Source of the DNA: Phycisphaera mikurensis NBRC 102666
Lineage (GTDB): Bacteria > Planctomycetota > Phycisphaerae > Phycisphaerales > Phycisphaeraceae
Direction: 5' to 3'
Assembly (NCBI RefSeq): GCF_000284115.1
Contig: NC_017080.1
Span: forward strand, 3,510,001-3,542,000
Length of the DNA: 32,000 nt
Position numbers and translations under genes: made by a program. Below the pieces are notes generated by a model. It did no database searches and had not been told where the DNA came from. It saw nothing but the letters and a program-made list of their open reading frames with translations. Of the stretch, positions 1 to 10,113 are shown in pieces. The stretch's first letter is position 1; every line of letters starts with the position of its first letter.

Positions 1-172
1 CCGCCAGCCGCTGCGGCCAGCCCTCGCCGCAGCCCGCGGCCCGAACGGCGGCGGCGAAGGCGGTCAGCGGGTTCGGGGGAGCATCATCAACCATCCGGAA
101 TCTCCTGAGGGTAGAGGACGGCCGAACCTCCGCCGGGGCGGAACGCGCCGGGTCCTCTACGATCGCGGCCGC

Positions 173-1114
173 ATGCCGCAGGCACCCCCCGACAGCCAGG
201 ACGCCTCCCTGCCGGCCGAGCCGGCCCGCCGCCCGCAGCTCGGCTTCGTCTACACGCCGCCGTTCCGCGTGCAGGGCCTCTCGATCGCGGGCGAGGAGAG
301 CGTCGTCGCCGTGCCCGAGCTGGACGTCTGCTTCGACATCGGCTCGTGCCCCAAGGCCGTGCTGCCCAGCCCCTTCGTCGCGCTGACGCACGGCCACATG
401 GACCACGTCGCGGGCATCGCGTACTACTTCAGCCAGCGCCCGTTCCAGGGGATGTCCGCCGGGACCGTCGTCTGCCCGCCCAGCCTGCGCGACGGCCTCG
501 ACGGCCTGATGAAGGCTTGGCAGAAGATCGAGCGGCAGAAGACGCCCTACACGCTCACGCCGCTCGCCGACGGCGAGATGCTCGAGATCAAGAACAACCA
601 CTTCCTGCGGCCCTTCCGCACCGTGCACACCGTGCCCAGCTCCGGTTACAGCGTGCTGGAGAAGCGGACCAAGCTCAAGCCCAAGCTCGTCGGGATGCCG
701 CAGGAGGAGATCGTCCGGCGGAAGAACGCCGGCGAGGCGATCGTCGACACCCGCTTCGTCCCGCTGGTCTCCTACACCGGCGACACCGGCTGGGGCGACC
801 ACCTGCTCATCCCCGAGGTCCTGGAGTGCCGCGTGCTCATCACCGAGTGCACCTTCATGGAACGGGGCCACCGGCGGCGGGCCGGCGTGGGCAAGCACCT
901 GCACCTGGACCACATCGTCGAACTGGTCGAGCAGGTCGGCGACGAGACGGACGTGATCCTCACGCACCTTTCCCGCCGGACGCACATGAACGATGCGCGG
1001 AAGGCGCTCGCCGGGGCCATCCCCGCCGACAAGCTCGACCGGGTCCACCTGCTGATGGACAGCCGCACCAACCGCGAGCGCTTCGCGCAGCAGCAGGCCC
1101 AAGCGGTGGCCTGA
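173..1114 (+). CDS. MBL-fold metallo-hydrolase, ribonuclease Z-like
   Basis: Intact 313-aa ORF with metallo-beta-lactamase motif 'LTHGHMDHVAG', later 'SYTGDT' and 'LITECTF...HLHLDHIVELV', and 'VILTHLSRRTH', the expected histidine/aspartate pattern. Confidence 0.88.
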   Translation: MPQAPPDSQDASLPAEPARRPQLGFVYTPPFRVQGLSIAGEESVVAVPELDVCFDIGSCPKAVLPSPFVALTHGHMDHVAGIAYYFSQRPFQGMSAGTVVCPPSLRDGLDGLMKAWQKIERQKTPYTLTPLADGEMLEIKNNHFLRPFRTVHTVPSSGYSVLEKRTKLKPKLVGMPQEEIVRRKNAGEAIVDTRFVPLVSYTGDTGWGDHLLIPEVLECRVLITECTFMERGHRRRAGVGKHLHLDHIVELVEQVGDETDVILTHLSRRTHMNDARKALAGAIPADKLDRVHLLMDSRTNRERFAQQQAQAVA

Positions 1115-1116
1115 GC

Positions 1117-1938
1117 GTGGGTGCGGTTGCCGTCGCCTTCGCCGGGAAAGCCAACCGCCCCGCCGCCGAAGCCCTGGCCGCGAGGCTGGGCCTCCCGATC
1201 GCCAAGAAGTTCCGCGATCCGCACCCGCTGCACCTGGCGTACGGGCCCGACGGCCGCCTGGGCCTCCGCGTCGTCGCCGCCGGCCACCCGCTCGCCGGCG
1301 GCCACCCCGTCGCCGCCGACCTGCTCGCGGTCGACACCTCCAGCCCCGCCGGCCGCAAGCTCGCCACGCCCTTCTTCAAGGCCATGGGCGTGCGGCGCGG
1401 CGAGCCGGCGCGCCCCCGGGTCCTCGACGCGACCGCCGGCCTCGGCGAGGACGCCTGGCTGCTCGCCAGCGCCGGCTGCCGCGTGACCGCTCTGGAGCGG
1501 AACCCCGTCGTCCTCGCCCTGCTCCAAGACGCCCTGGCCCGCGCCGCGGACCGCGAGCCCGAAACGGCCGAACGCCTCACGGTCCGCGGCGCCGAGGCCC
1601 TCGACGCGCTTCTGGCCCTGGCCGCCGGCCCCGAGGCGGACCGACCCGACGTCGTTGCGCTGGATCCCATGTTCCCGCTCGGCCGCCGCGCCACCGAACG
1701 CAAGCCGATGCGGGTGCTCCGCATGCTCGAGGAGGCCGCCGCCGACCGGGCTGGCTCCGCCGACGACGAGCCCGCCCTGCTCGCCGCCGCCCGCGCCGCC
1801 GCCCGCCGCCGCGTCGCCGTCAAACGCCCCGGCAAGGCCCCTCCGCTCGCCGGGCAAGAGCCCGACGTCGTGTTCCCCGGCAGAGCCGTCCGCCACGACG
1901 TCTACCTCACGCCCGCGGAGACGCCGCGAGCCGGCTGA
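1117..1938 (+). CDS. rsmJ: Class I SAM-dependent methyltransferase, RsmJ-like (16S rRNA m2G1516 methyltransferase family)
   Basis: C-terminal part of ORF 346..1938. GTG start at 1117 is 2 nt after the upstream stop. Contains 'VLDATAGLGEDAWLLASAGCRVTALERNPVV' and 'VVALDPMFP', typical of RsmJ. Confidence 0.82.
   Translation: MGAVAVAFAGKANRPAAEALAARLGLPIAKKFRDPHPLHLAYGPDGRLGLRVVAAGHPLAGGHPVAADLLAVDTSSPAGRKLATPFFKAMGVRRGEPARPRVLDATAGLGEDAWLLASAGCRVTALERNPVVLALLQDALARAADREPETAERLTVRGAEALDALLALAAGPEADRPDVVALDPMFPLGRRATERKPMRVLRMLEEAAADRAGSADDEPALLAAARAAARRRVAVKRPGKAPPLAGQEPDVVFPGRAVRHDVYLTPAETPRAG
1544..1589. repeat. IR28 element copy 1 (CCGCGGACC-N28-GGTCCGCGG), inside rsmJ
   Basis: CCGCGGACC gcgagcccgaaacggccgaacgcctcac GGTCCGCGG read directly; both arms perfect. 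Confidence 0.95.
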
Positions 1939-1976
1939 GCGGCGGGCACCGGCGGTTCCCCCGGACGGGCGGCGGC

Positions 1977-2942
1977 TCAGCCGCCGGTTTCGACCGGGTA
2001 GCGCTCGTCGTTGAGCCACTCCTGCATGCTGCCGTCGTAGACGGCGACCCGCTCGGCGCCTTCCTCGCGGAGCAGGAGGTACGGCAGCGAGACGCGGGTG
2101 GCGGACTGGCAGTAGAGGACGACGGTCTTGCCGGCGAGGTCGGCGGGGGCGACGCCGGCGGCGTCGCGCTCGCTCGCGACGTGGTCGGCGGGCTTGACGC
2201 GGTTCTCGGCGTCCAGCAGCGCCGCGTAGTCGAGGTGCTTGGCGCCGGCGAGGTGGCCGCCGCGCGCGTTCTTCCGCCGGTCGACGCCGGTGAACTCGTC
2301 GGTGGAGCGGGTGTCCCAGAGCACCACGCCGGGGTCGCCGGCGGCCGCGGCGACCTCCCGGGCCGTCCAGATCGCGCCCTCCCGCGGCCGCGCCTGGTAG
2401 GTCTTCGCGGCGGGCGCGGCGGGCGTGCCGAACGCGAGCTCGTGGCCGGCGGCGGTCCAGCGGTCGACGCCGACGCCGTCGAGGAAGCGGAGGTCGCCGC
2501 GGTGCCCGAGCAGGTCGAGGATCATGAGCACGGTCGAGCCGTCGGCCTGGCCGGCGTGGTTGCCGTACGCGATGACGGTGTCGTCGGCGGAGATGCCGGC
2601 AGCCCCCAGCAGCTCGGCGTAGCGCTCGGCGTCGATGCGCCGCTCCTCCGGGCCGGCGCCGCCGAGGCGGAAGAGCAGGTTCTTGCCGCGGGGGTCGTCG
2701 CCGGTGCTGCGCAGGGCGGCCGGCGGGAGGTTCACCGCCCCGGGCAGGTGCCCGGCGGCGAAGGCCTCGGGATCGCGCGCGTCGACGAGCACGACGCCGG
2801 GGCGGGCGGCGAGCGCCGCCACCTCCTCCACGGCCAGGAAGGTCTCGTGGCGCTGCGACCACGGGGCGTCGGGCGTCGAGGAGCACGCCGCGAGCAGCAA
2901 GCCGCACGCGAGGAGGGCGAAGGAGGCGGAGCGGGCGATCAT
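1977..2942 (-). CDS. Lipoprotein with tandem rhodanese domains (sulfurtransferase-like)
   Basis: ATG at 2942 gives a lipoprotein signal 'MIARSASFALLACGLLLAACSS'. Two rhodanese domains: 'GVVLVDARDPEAFAAGHLPGAVNLP' and '...VVLYCQSATRVSLPYLLLREEG'. Confidence 0.87.
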   Translation of the reverse strand: MIARSASFALLACGLLLAACSSTPDAPWSQRHETFLAVEEVAALAARPGVVLVDARDPEAFAAGHLPGAVNLPPAALRSTGDDPRGKNLLFRLGGAGPEERRIDAERYAELLGAAGISADDTVIAYGNHAGQADGSTVLMILDLLGHRGDLRFLDGVGVDRWTAAGHELAFGTPAAPAAKTYQARPREGAIWTAREVAAAAGDPGVVLWDTRSTDEFTGVDRRKNARGGHLAGAKHLDYAALLDAENRVKPADHVASERDAAGVAPADLAGKTVVLYCQSATRVSLPYLLLREEGAERVAVYDGSMQEWLNDERYPVETGG

Positions 2943-2985
2943 GGGGGAAACGTAGCGGGCGCGGCCCGTGCCCCGCCCGGCGGCG

Positions 2986-4089
2986 TCAGCGCGCGGCCTG
3001 GCCCGCCGAGCGTTCCCGGAGCAGCTCGAGCCGGTCACGGACCTCGTCGGCCATCTTGGTGTTCGGGAAGTCGCGGATAATCTCCTCGCCGACGGTGAGC
3101 GCGTGGCCCCACTCCTGGTCGTGCACCGCCATCTCGAACTGCACCCGCAGGTTCTCCCGCTGCTTGCCGATGACCTCGCGGGCGACGTCCTGGATCCGCA
3201 AGCCCTCCTCGTGCGAGAACTCGCGGTCGATCTGCTCGAGCAGCTTCATGGCCCGCGGCGTGTCCTCCCGCGCCGCCGCCGCGCGGAACTCGCGCTCGAG
3301 CTCGTGCTTGTGACGGCCCTTCGCGGCGGCCACCATCGTGTCGATGTGGGCGACGCTCTGGACCGTGGGGAACAGCCGCTTGATGCGGGCCGCCTGCATC
3401 GCCGCCCGGTCGAGCTCGTCGCGTTCGAGCATCGCGTCGAGCCGGCTGACCTCGTGGCCGACCCGCACCTGGATCTCCTTGTCGCGCGCGGCCTCGATGC
3501 GCTCCCGGAACTTCTCCGCCTCCTCCAGGCGGCCGTACGTCTCGCTCATCAGCTCGAGCAGCACCATCGCGGCGTCGAAGTCCTTCCGGGCGAGGTCCGC
3601 CTCGATCGTCTCCCGCAGCAGCCGGATGTCCTCGACGCGGTAGGCGACACGCTTCGCCGTCTCCGACACGAGCATCCGCTCGCTGATCTGCTTGAGCAGG
3701 GCCCGGTCGCTCGCCGCGGCGGCGGTCTTGAGTCCTTCCCCGTGGGCCCCCGCGATCGCCCAGCGGACGCTGCCGATGACGAAGGCGGCGAAAGCGGCGA
3801 GCGTCAGCAGCGTGGACGGCGCGAAGAAGAGGTACGTGAGCACGACGGACTCGTCCTGCGTCGCGTCGGCCGCGTCCGCCGCCGCCTCCACCGCGAGCAG
3901 CGCCCCCAGCGCCGCGGCGCAGGCGAGCACCCAGAGGCCGGCCGACACGAGCACCCACTTCCAGGGCGCAAGGCCCGACCCCTGCTCCTCCACCGCCTCC
4001 CCGCCGACCGCCGCGTGCGGCCGGGCGGGCGTGTCGACGGAGTCCCGGGGGGCGGAAACGGCTGGGTCGGCGGCGGGGGCGGCGGTCAC
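2986..4089 (-). CDS. Membrane-anchored protein with helical repeat-like C-terminal domain, function unknown
   Basis: C-terminal segment of ORF 2986..5463. GTG start at 4089 preceded by CTCTCCAGGAG (SD-like). Two hydrophobic segments then charged helical repeats. Confidence 0.72.
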   Translation of the reverse strand: MTAAPAADPAVSAPRDSVDTPARPHAAVGGEAVEEQGSGLAPWKWVLVSAGLWVLACAAALGALLAVEAAADAADATQDESVVLTYLFFAPSTLLTLAAFAAFVIGSVRWAIAGAHGEGLKTAAAASDRALLKQISERMLVSETAKRVAYRVEDIRLLRETIEADLARKDFDAAMVLLELMSETYGRLEEAEKFRERIEAARDKEIQVRVGHEVSRLDAMLERDELDRAAMQAARIKRLFPTVQSVAHIDTMVAAAKGRHKHELEREFRAAAAREDTPRAMKLLEQIDREFSHEEGLRIQDVAREVIGKQRENLRVQFEMAVHDQEWGHALTVGEEIIRDFPNTKMADEVRDRLELLRERSAGQAAR

Positions 4090-4286
4090 GGGGGACTCCT
4101 GGAGAGGGAAGGGAAGCGCCGGAGAAGGTGGACCGGGCCGAACCCAATCGTACCCGGAGGCGGCCGCTTTCCGCCCGCCAAAGACCCGACGCGGGCCGCA
4201 GCCGCGGGCCAAGCGGCGGAGCGATCGCGCGGGACTTTCGCATGGCGCCTGGCGACCCGGACCGCCGCCAAGCGGCCGCGGCCCCG

Positions 4287-5747
4287 CTACCGCGTGTACT
4301 TGTTCCCGGCCTTGCTCAGCCGCTTGTGCACGTACAGCGCCTCGAGCACGAACTCGCCGGCGCTGGCGATCGCCTGGTCGTCCTCGGGGTCCATGCCCAG
4401 CCGCTCGGCCATGTCGACCGCGGCGGGCAGCAGCCCGTCGACGTGCTTCATCGACGCGATCTGCTCGGCGGCGGAGACCTCGTCCCCGACGCTGAGCTTC
4501 AGGCCGCTCTCGAAGGCCTCCGCCACGTTCTCGAACTCGTCCACCTCGGCAACGGTGTCGAACACGCTCTTGACGGCTTCGCCCAGCAGCGACTCCACGA
4601 GCTTGTCCTCGGTGGCGTCGCCGTCGTCGCTCATCATCAGCTCGATCTTTCCGCGGGTGGCGGTCGTCAGGTGCATGAGATCGCAGACCCGCGGGACGAC
4701 GCGCTGCTCCCCGGTGAGGATGCCACGCCGCTCCGCGGAGGAGACCAGCGTCTCGAGGCAGGCGATGGAGGTGCGGACCGAGACGCCGCTGGCCTGGTTG
4801 ATGTGGCTGGATCCGCGGGCCTGGGCGATCGTCACCTCGAGGGTGCGGCGGAGGTACTCGGGCACGTCGATGGCGGGCACGCCGGCGGTGAGCGACTCGG
4901 CGCCGGGCTCGTCCCGGCGCGAGATCCACGCGTTCTCGGCGGTGATCCGCGCGGCCTCGTCGATGCCGCGGGGGTAGTGCGTGCGGACGACGCTGCCGAT
5001 CCGGTCCTTCAGGGGCGTGACGATGCGGCCGCGGTTGGTGTAGTCCTCGGGGTTGGCCGAGAACACGAGGCAGACGTCGAGGTTGAGCCGCACGGGGTAG
5101 CCGCGGATCTGGACGTCGCGCTCCTCGAGCACGTTGAAGAGGCCGACCTGGATCCGCGGCGACAGGTCGGGCAGCTCGTTGACGGCGAAGATGCCGCGGT
5201 TGGAGCGCGGGATCAGGCCGAAGTGCATCGTCGACTCGTCGCTGAGTTCGCGGCCCTGGGCGTACTTGACGATGTCGATCTCGCCGATCAGGTCGGCGAT
5301 GGTGACGTCGGGCGTGGCGAGCTTCTCGGAGTACCGCTCGCTGCGGTGCATCCAGCGGATCGGCGTTTCGTCGCCCCGCTCGGCGACGATGCGCCTCGCG
5401 GCGCCGGTCATCGGCTGGATCGGGTCGTCGGGCACGTCGGTGCCGGCGACGACGGGGCACCACGCGTCGAGCAGCTTGGGCAGCTGGCGGATCATCCGCG
5501 TCTTGGCCTGGCCACGCAGACCCAGGAAGAGCATGTCGTGCCGGCTGAAGATCGCGTGGACGACCTGGGGGACGACGGTGTCGTCGTAGCCGCGGACGCC
5601 CGGGAACACCGGGCCGCCGTCCTTCAGGCGGGCGATGAGGTTCTCGCGGAGCTCCTGCTTGACGGTGCGGACGCGGTGGCCGTGCTCTTTGAGCCGGCCG
5701 AGGGTGGCGACGTCGGGAGCGGAGGAAGAGGGCGTTTCGGCGGGCAT
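4287..5747 (-). CDS. MoxR / magnesium-chelatase subunit I-like AAA+ ATPase
   Basis: 'LFLGLRGQAKTRMIRQL' (Walker A-like), 'RGIFAVNELPDLSPRIQVGLFNVLEERDVQIRGYPVRLNLDVCLVFSANPEDYTNRGRIVTPLKDRIG'. ORF opens at 5804; internal ATG 5747 is a likely start. Confidence 0.85.
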   Translation of the reverse strand: MPAETPSSSAPDVATLGRLKEHGHRVRTVKQELRENLIARLKDGGPVFPGVRGYDDTVVPQVVHAIFSRHDMLFLGLRGQAKTRMIRQLPKLLDAWCPVVAGTDVPDDPIQPMTGAARRIVAERGDETPIRWMHRSERYSEKLATPDVTIADLIGEIDIVKYAQGRELSDESTMHFGLIPRSNRGIFAVNELPDLSPRIQVGLFNVLEERDVQIRGYPVRLNLDVCLVFSANPEDYTNRGRIVTPLKDRIGSVVRTHYPRGIDEAARITAENAWISRRDEPGAESLTAGVPAIDVPEYLRRTLEVTIAQARGSSHINQASGVSVRTSIACLETLVSSAERRGILTGEQRVVPRVCDLMHLTTATRGKIELMMSDDGDATEDKLVESLLGEAVKSVFDTVAEVDEFENVAEAFESGLKLSVGDEVSAAEQIASMKHVDGLLPAAVDMAERLGMDPEDDQAIASAGEFVLEALYVHKRLSKAGNKYTR

Positions 5748-5790
5748 GGGCGAGGCTAGGCGTGGCCGGAAAACCCGCTTGGGGGAAGCT

Positions 5791-6813
5791 TCAACGGGTG
5801 CCACCGCCCGCGAGGAGCCCGCTGAGCACCGAGGCCGCGGGCTTGGGCGAGCCGTCGAACCCGTAGACGCCGAAGTGGTAGGCGTGCTCGTCGGCGTGGT
5901 CGCCCTCGATGCTCGCCCGGCCGGGGTCGAGGTCGTCGAGGCCGTACCAGTAGACGCGCGGGCTCGGGGCCGCGGCAGCGGCCTCGAGCGCGGCGGACTG
6001 CGCGGCGAGGGCGCCCGGCGTCCCGGCCCGGCCGGCCGCGGCGTCCCAGGTCGACAGCCCCGTCTCGGTCACCCACACGGCGCGGCCGCCGGCCACCTCC
6101 TCGAAGGCGGCGATCCGGTCGGCCCAGCCGCTCCACCGCCAGGGCTGGTCCCAGCCGTCGGCGGGCAGCTCGCCCGCGGCGGCTCGCTCGCTGCCCCCGG
6201 CGTCGTCGACGAAGTGCTCGCCCCACATGTGCGGGAAGCCGTGCACGCCGACGATGGGGACGTGCTCGAGGTGGCCCCGCTCGCGGAGCAGGGTGATGAA
6301 GGTCGGGTCGGCGGGGGCGAGGCCGCCGAGCACGGCCGGCTTGCCCGCGGAGGCCGCGACCGCGGCGGCCCCGTGGATCATCTCCCCGAAGAGGTGCCAC
6401 TGCGGGTCGGACCCGAGGAAGTCCCAGTAGAAGCGGCCGTTGGGCTCGTTCCAGAGCTCGATCTCGTGGAAGCGGTCGCCGTGCAGGTCGATGATCTGGC
6501 CGATGAAGGCGGCGTAATCGCGGAGGTCGTGCGGCGGGCCGCTGCACGCCCCGTTCCGCGAAATCGACGGCGGCGTGTGCCACACCGAGGGCAGCAGCTC
6601 GAACTCCTGGAGCTCCTCGAACAGGAAGGAAACGAAGGCCGGGCCGTCGGGCCGATGGAAGTCGGCCCACGAGACGCCGGTTCGCAGCCGGGCGACGCCC
6701 AGGCCGCGGAGGCGGTCGCGGGCGGCGAGGACGTGCTCGTGGTCGTTGTGGTGGAACCACTCGCAGACGCCGAGGCGCTGCGTGTAGGACGCGGGGTTGG
6801 GAGGCTGGCTCAT
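5791..6813 (-). CDS. TIM-barrel glycoside hydrolase-like protein
   Basis: 'LGVCEWFHHNDHEHVLAARDRLRGLGVARLRTGVSWADF', 'IELWNEPNGRFYWDFLG', 'WVTETGLSTW'. Its start overlaps the GT9 stop by 4 nt (ATGA). Confidence 0.75.
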   Translation of the reverse strand: MSQPPNPASYTQRLGVCEWFHHNDHEHVLAARDRLRGLGVARLRTGVSWADFHRPDGPAFVSFLFEELQEFELLPSVWHTPPSISRNGACSGPPHDLRDYAAFIGQIIDLHGDRFHEIELWNEPNGRFYWDFLGSDPQWHLFGEMIHGAAAVAASAGKPAVLGGLAPADPTFITLLRERGHLEHVPIVGVHGFPHMWGEHFVDDAGGSERAAAGELPADGWDQPWRWSGWADRIAAFEEVAGGRAVWVTETGLSTWDAAAGRAGTPGALAAQSAALEAAAAAPSPRVYWYGLDDLDPGRASIEGDHADEHAYHFGVYGFDGSPKPAASVLSGLLAGGGTR

Positions 6814-7961
6814 GGGAGGATCTTCGCGGCCGCGGATCCGGGCGGATGCCGCAGGGGCCGGTTCTGGGAGGGCTCCAGCGCCCGTCCGACGGCGGCGGCG
6901 ACCGGGCCGACGGGGACGGCGTCGACGCAGCTGCGGAGGCCCGCGATCCGGCACACGCCCTCCACCACGCACGCGGGCGGGCCGAGGCGGTCGGGTTCTC
7001 GCAGCGGGCACGGCGTCGTCGATTCCAGGGCCTCGCCCGCGAAGCGGCCGCCCCGCTCCACCCGCGGCATGTAGAGCTTCGCCCGCGTGGGGCCGAACAC
7101 CGCGACCGTTGGCGTCCCGACCGCCGCGGCGAGGTGCAGCAGGCCCGAGTCGTTGGTGAGCAGCGCGGTGCAGCGGGCGAGCACCGCCGCGGCCGTCAGC
7201 AGGTGCGCCGGGCCGAGCGCGGGGAGCGGCTCCGGGAGCCGGCGCTGCACGGCCGCCGCCCGCTCCGCGTCCGGCCCGGCGATCAGGACCGCGTCGGTGC
7301 CCGCCGGCCGGCCGATCAGCACCTCCGCCACGCGCTGCGGCGGCCAGACCTTCAGGTCGCTCCCGCCGTTCACGGCCGCGGCGAGCAGTGGACGGCGGCC
7401 GCGCGGCAGGCCGAGGGCCCCCAGCCACGCCTCCGCCGCCCGGGCGTGCGGCGGCGGCGGCTCGACGCTCGCCACGGCCTCGGGGGGAGCCGACAGCCCC
7501 CACCCCGCCGCCGCCGCGTCGCTGACGAAGGCCGCCGTGCCCGCCCCGCCCACCGCGGCCGCCAGCTCCACCGGCTGGTCCTCCTGCGCGTTCGCGTCGC
7601 CGAAGCCCGCCGCCACCGCCGCGTCGCGCAGCCCCTCGGGCGCGTGCATCAGCCCGACGAAGCGGGTCGCGTCGTCGAGTGCCGCCGCCCAAGCGGCCGA
7701 CTTCTCCCGGGCCGCGTCGTCGCCCCGGTCTCCCCAGTGCCGCAGGCCCAGCTGGAGGTAGGTCCCCACCGCGTCCTCCGGCCGCGCCAGCACCTCCACC
7801 AGGTCGACCGCCGGCCGCGTCGCCAGCCAGAGCACCGGCGTCCGCTGCTCCGCCCGCCAGGCCCGCAACGCCGGCACCGACATCACCACGTCGCCGAACC
7901 CGCAGCGCAGGCACATGACGCGGCGGAAGGTCGAGGGGAGCGGATCGTCGTCGCGGGGCAC
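6810..7961 (-). CDS. Glycosyltransferase family 9 (heptosyltransferase-like)
   Basis: 'MCLRCGFGDVVMSVPALRAWRA', 'LLTNDSGLLHLAAAVGTPTVAVFGPT', typical of GT9. GTG start at 7961. Confidence 0.85.
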   Translation of the reverse strand: MPRDDDPLPSTFRRVMCLRCGFGDVVMSVPALRAWRAEQRTPVLWLATRPAVDLVEVLARPEDAVGTYLQLGLRHWGDRGDDAAREKSAAWAAALDDATRFVGLMHAPEGLRDAAVAAGFGDANAQEDQPVELAAAVGGAGTAAFVSDAAAAGWGLSAPPEAVASVEPPPPHARAAEAWLGALGLPRGRRPLLAAAVNGGSDLKVWPPQRVAEVLIGRPAGTDAVLIAGPDAERAAAVQRRLPEPLPALGPAHLLTAAAVLARCTALLTNDSGLLHLAAAVGTPTVAVFGPTRAKLYMPRVERGGRFAGEALESTTPCPLREPDRLGPPACVVEGVCRIAGLRSCVDAVPVGPVAAAVGRALEPSQNRPLRHPPGSAAAKILP

Positions 7962-7993
7962 CGCCGACGCTACCCCCCAGCCCCCGGCGTGTC

Positions 7994-8039
7994 CCGCGGA
8001 CCGCCGCGCCGAACGCCCGCGACGCTCCGCGGTCCGCGG
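7994..8039. repeat. IR28 element copy 2, intergenic GT9/thiC
   Basis: CCGCGGACC gccgcgccgaacgcccgcgacgctccgc GGTCCGCGG; both arms perfect; right arm extends to the 13-mer CCGCGGTCCGCGG. Confidence 0.95.
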
Positions 8040-8144
8040 CGGCGGGACGTCTTGAGGAGCTCCCGCGAGACCGCCCGCCGGTCCGGGCGGGAAGCAGACG
8101 CAGGCCGGCGGGCCGCCGGCTTCACGCGGGGCGTGGGATGCGGA

Positions 8145-10043
8145 TCAGATGACCGAGTCGGCTTTCGAGAGCCCGTGCGCCTCGCTGGTGTCGAGCTGGA
8201 CCAACCGGTCGCCGTTGGCGAGGGCGGCCGCCTCCTTCGGCGCCACGCTCTTCGCCGCTTCGTCGTCCCCGACGTGGTCGCTGTGGCAGCGCGCCCGGCC
8301 GTCCTCGTCCGCGGGCACCAGCTTGCCCTTGGCCTTCGCCGCGAGCTTGTGGATCTCCGCCGGCGAGAGGTTGCCGCGCTGCTCGAGGATCCGCCGCTGC
8401 TCCTCGTTGAGCGCGGCGCTCTTCACCGTCCGCCCGCGGTCGAAGCCCTCGGCGAGGCCCGAGTCCCACTCGGAGATCTCCTTGCTGATGCGGACGCTGC
8501 ACCAGTCGTGGCCGCACATCGCGCAGAAGTCGGTGTCCACGTCGAGGTCCTCGTCGTGGTACGCCCGGGCCAGGTCCGGGTCGAAGGACAGGTCGAAGTG
8601 TTTCTGCCAGTTGAGGGCCGCCCGGGCCTTGGTCAGCTCGTCGTCGTTGTCCCGGGTGCCGGGGATCCCCAGCGCCACGTCGGCGGCGTGAGCCGCGATC
8701 TTGTACGCCACGCAGCCCTGCTTCACGTCGTCCTTCTTGGGCAGGCCCAGGTGCTCCTTGGGCGTGACGTAGCACAGCATCGACGCCCCGTGGTAGCCGG
8801 CCGAGGTCGCCCCGATGCAGCTGGTGATGTGGTCGTAGCCGGGGAACATGTCGGTCACCAGGGGCCCGAGCACGTAGAAGGGCGCCCCGTGGCAGAGGTG
8901 CCGCTGGGCCTTCATGTTGAACTCGATCTGGTCCAGCGGCACGTGGCCGGGGCCCTCGACCATCACCTGCACGCCGCAGCGCCAGGCACGCTCGGTCAGC
9001 TTGCCCAGCTCGACCAGCTCGGCCAGCTGCAGCTCGTCGGTGGCGTCGGCGAGGCCGCCGGGGCGGCAGCCGTCGCCGATGCTGAAGGTCACGTCGTGCT
9101 CGCGGAGGACCCCGCAGATCTTCTCCCACGACGTGTTCATCGGGTTCTCTCTCTGGTGGACCAGCATCCACTTCGCCAGCAGCGAGCCGCCGCGGGAGAC
9201 CAGGCCGATCAGCCGCTTCTTCACCAGCGGCAGGTGCGACTTGAGGATCCCGGCGTGGACCGTCATGTAGTCCACGCCCTGCTCGGCCTGGGCGCGGATG
9301 CCGTCGAGGATGATCTCCTCGTCGAGGTCTTCGATCTTCCGCCCGATGATCATCGAGTAGATCGGCACGGTGCCGATGGGCACCGTCGAGTGCGTCGTCA
9401 TCGCGACGCGGGTGGCGTCCAGGTCGCCGCCGGTGGAGAGGTCCATCACCGTGTCGGCGCCCCACTTCTCCGCCCAGCGGAGCTTGTCGACCTCCTCGTC
9501 GATCGAGGAGGAGACCGGGCTGGCGCCCATGTTCGCGTTGACCTTCGTCTTGCTGGCCCGGCCGATGGCCATCGGGTCCAGCGAGGTCTTCAGGTGGTTC
9601 TTGTTCGCCGGGATCACCATGCGGCCGGCGGCGACCTCGTCGCGGACCTGGGCCGCGCTGAGGTGCGGCTCCCGCTCGGCGACGCGCTCCATCTGCTTCG
9701 TGATCGTGCCGAGGCGCGCGTGCTCGAGCTGGGTCGACGCCTCGAAGCCGTCGGGGGCTCGCCACGAAGCGGCGTCGGCCCGGTTCGCCTCGTCGGTGCA
9801 CGTCCAGCCGGCGGGCATGAAGTCCCAGGCGGTCTTCTGCGGCAGCGGCGGCATCCCCGGCGTGTCGGGCGAGGAGAAGGTCGCCGCGCCCTCGGGGCCG
9901 GGGGCGATGGCCGGCCGGTTGGCGAAGGAGCCCGGCGTGGTGACGCCGGGCGTGTTCCCCGGGTTGCCGCCGACGGCGGGGAGCGTGTACGGGGCCGCGA
10001 CCAAGGCGGCGCGGGAGGTCGTGGGCGTGTCGTGGGGCTTCAT
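8145..10043 (-). CDS. thiC: Phosphomethylpyrimidine synthase ThiC
   Basis: 632-aa ORF with 'FCAMCGHDWCSVRISKEI' Fe-S motif, 'SFSIGDGCRPGG'-type motif, 'DYMTVHAGI', 'MVEGPGHVPLDQIEFNMK'. TPP riboswitch upstream. Confidence 0.97.
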   Translation of the reverse strand: MKPHDTPTTSRAALVAAPYTLPAVGGNPGNTPGVTTPGSFANRPAIAPGPEGAATFSSPDTPGMPPLPQKTAWDFMPAGWTCTDEANRADAASWRAPDGFEASTQLEHARLGTITKQMERVAEREPHLSAAQVRDEVAAGRMVIPANKNHLKTSLDPMAIGRASKTKVNANMGASPVSSSIDEEVDKLRWAEKWGADTVMDLSTGGDLDATRVAMTTHSTVPIGTVPIYSMIIGRKIEDLDEEIILDGIRAQAEQGVDYMTVHAGILKSHLPLVKKRLIGLVSRGGSLLAKWMLVHQRENPMNTSWEKICGVLREHDVTFSIGDGCRPGGLADATDELQLAELVELGKLTERAWRCGVQVMVEGPGHVPLDQIEFNMKAQRHLCHGAPFYVLGPLVTDMFPGYDHITSCIGATSAGYHGASMLCYVTPKEHLGLPKKDDVKQGCVAYKIAAHAADVALGIPGTRDNDDELTKARAALNWQKHFDLSFDPDLARAYHDEDLDVDTDFCAMCGHDWCSVRISKEISEWDSGLAEGFDRGRTVKSAALNEEQRRILEQRGNLSPAEIHKLAAKAKGKLVPADEDGRARCHSDHVGDDEAAKSVAPKEAAALANGDRLVQLDTSEAHGLSKADSVI

Positions 10044-10113
10044 CGCGTGGGTCCTTGGGGGAGGCGCGGAGGAAGCGGGTGCGGGACGCGGCGGGTGGGC
10101 CGGTCCGGTTGTC

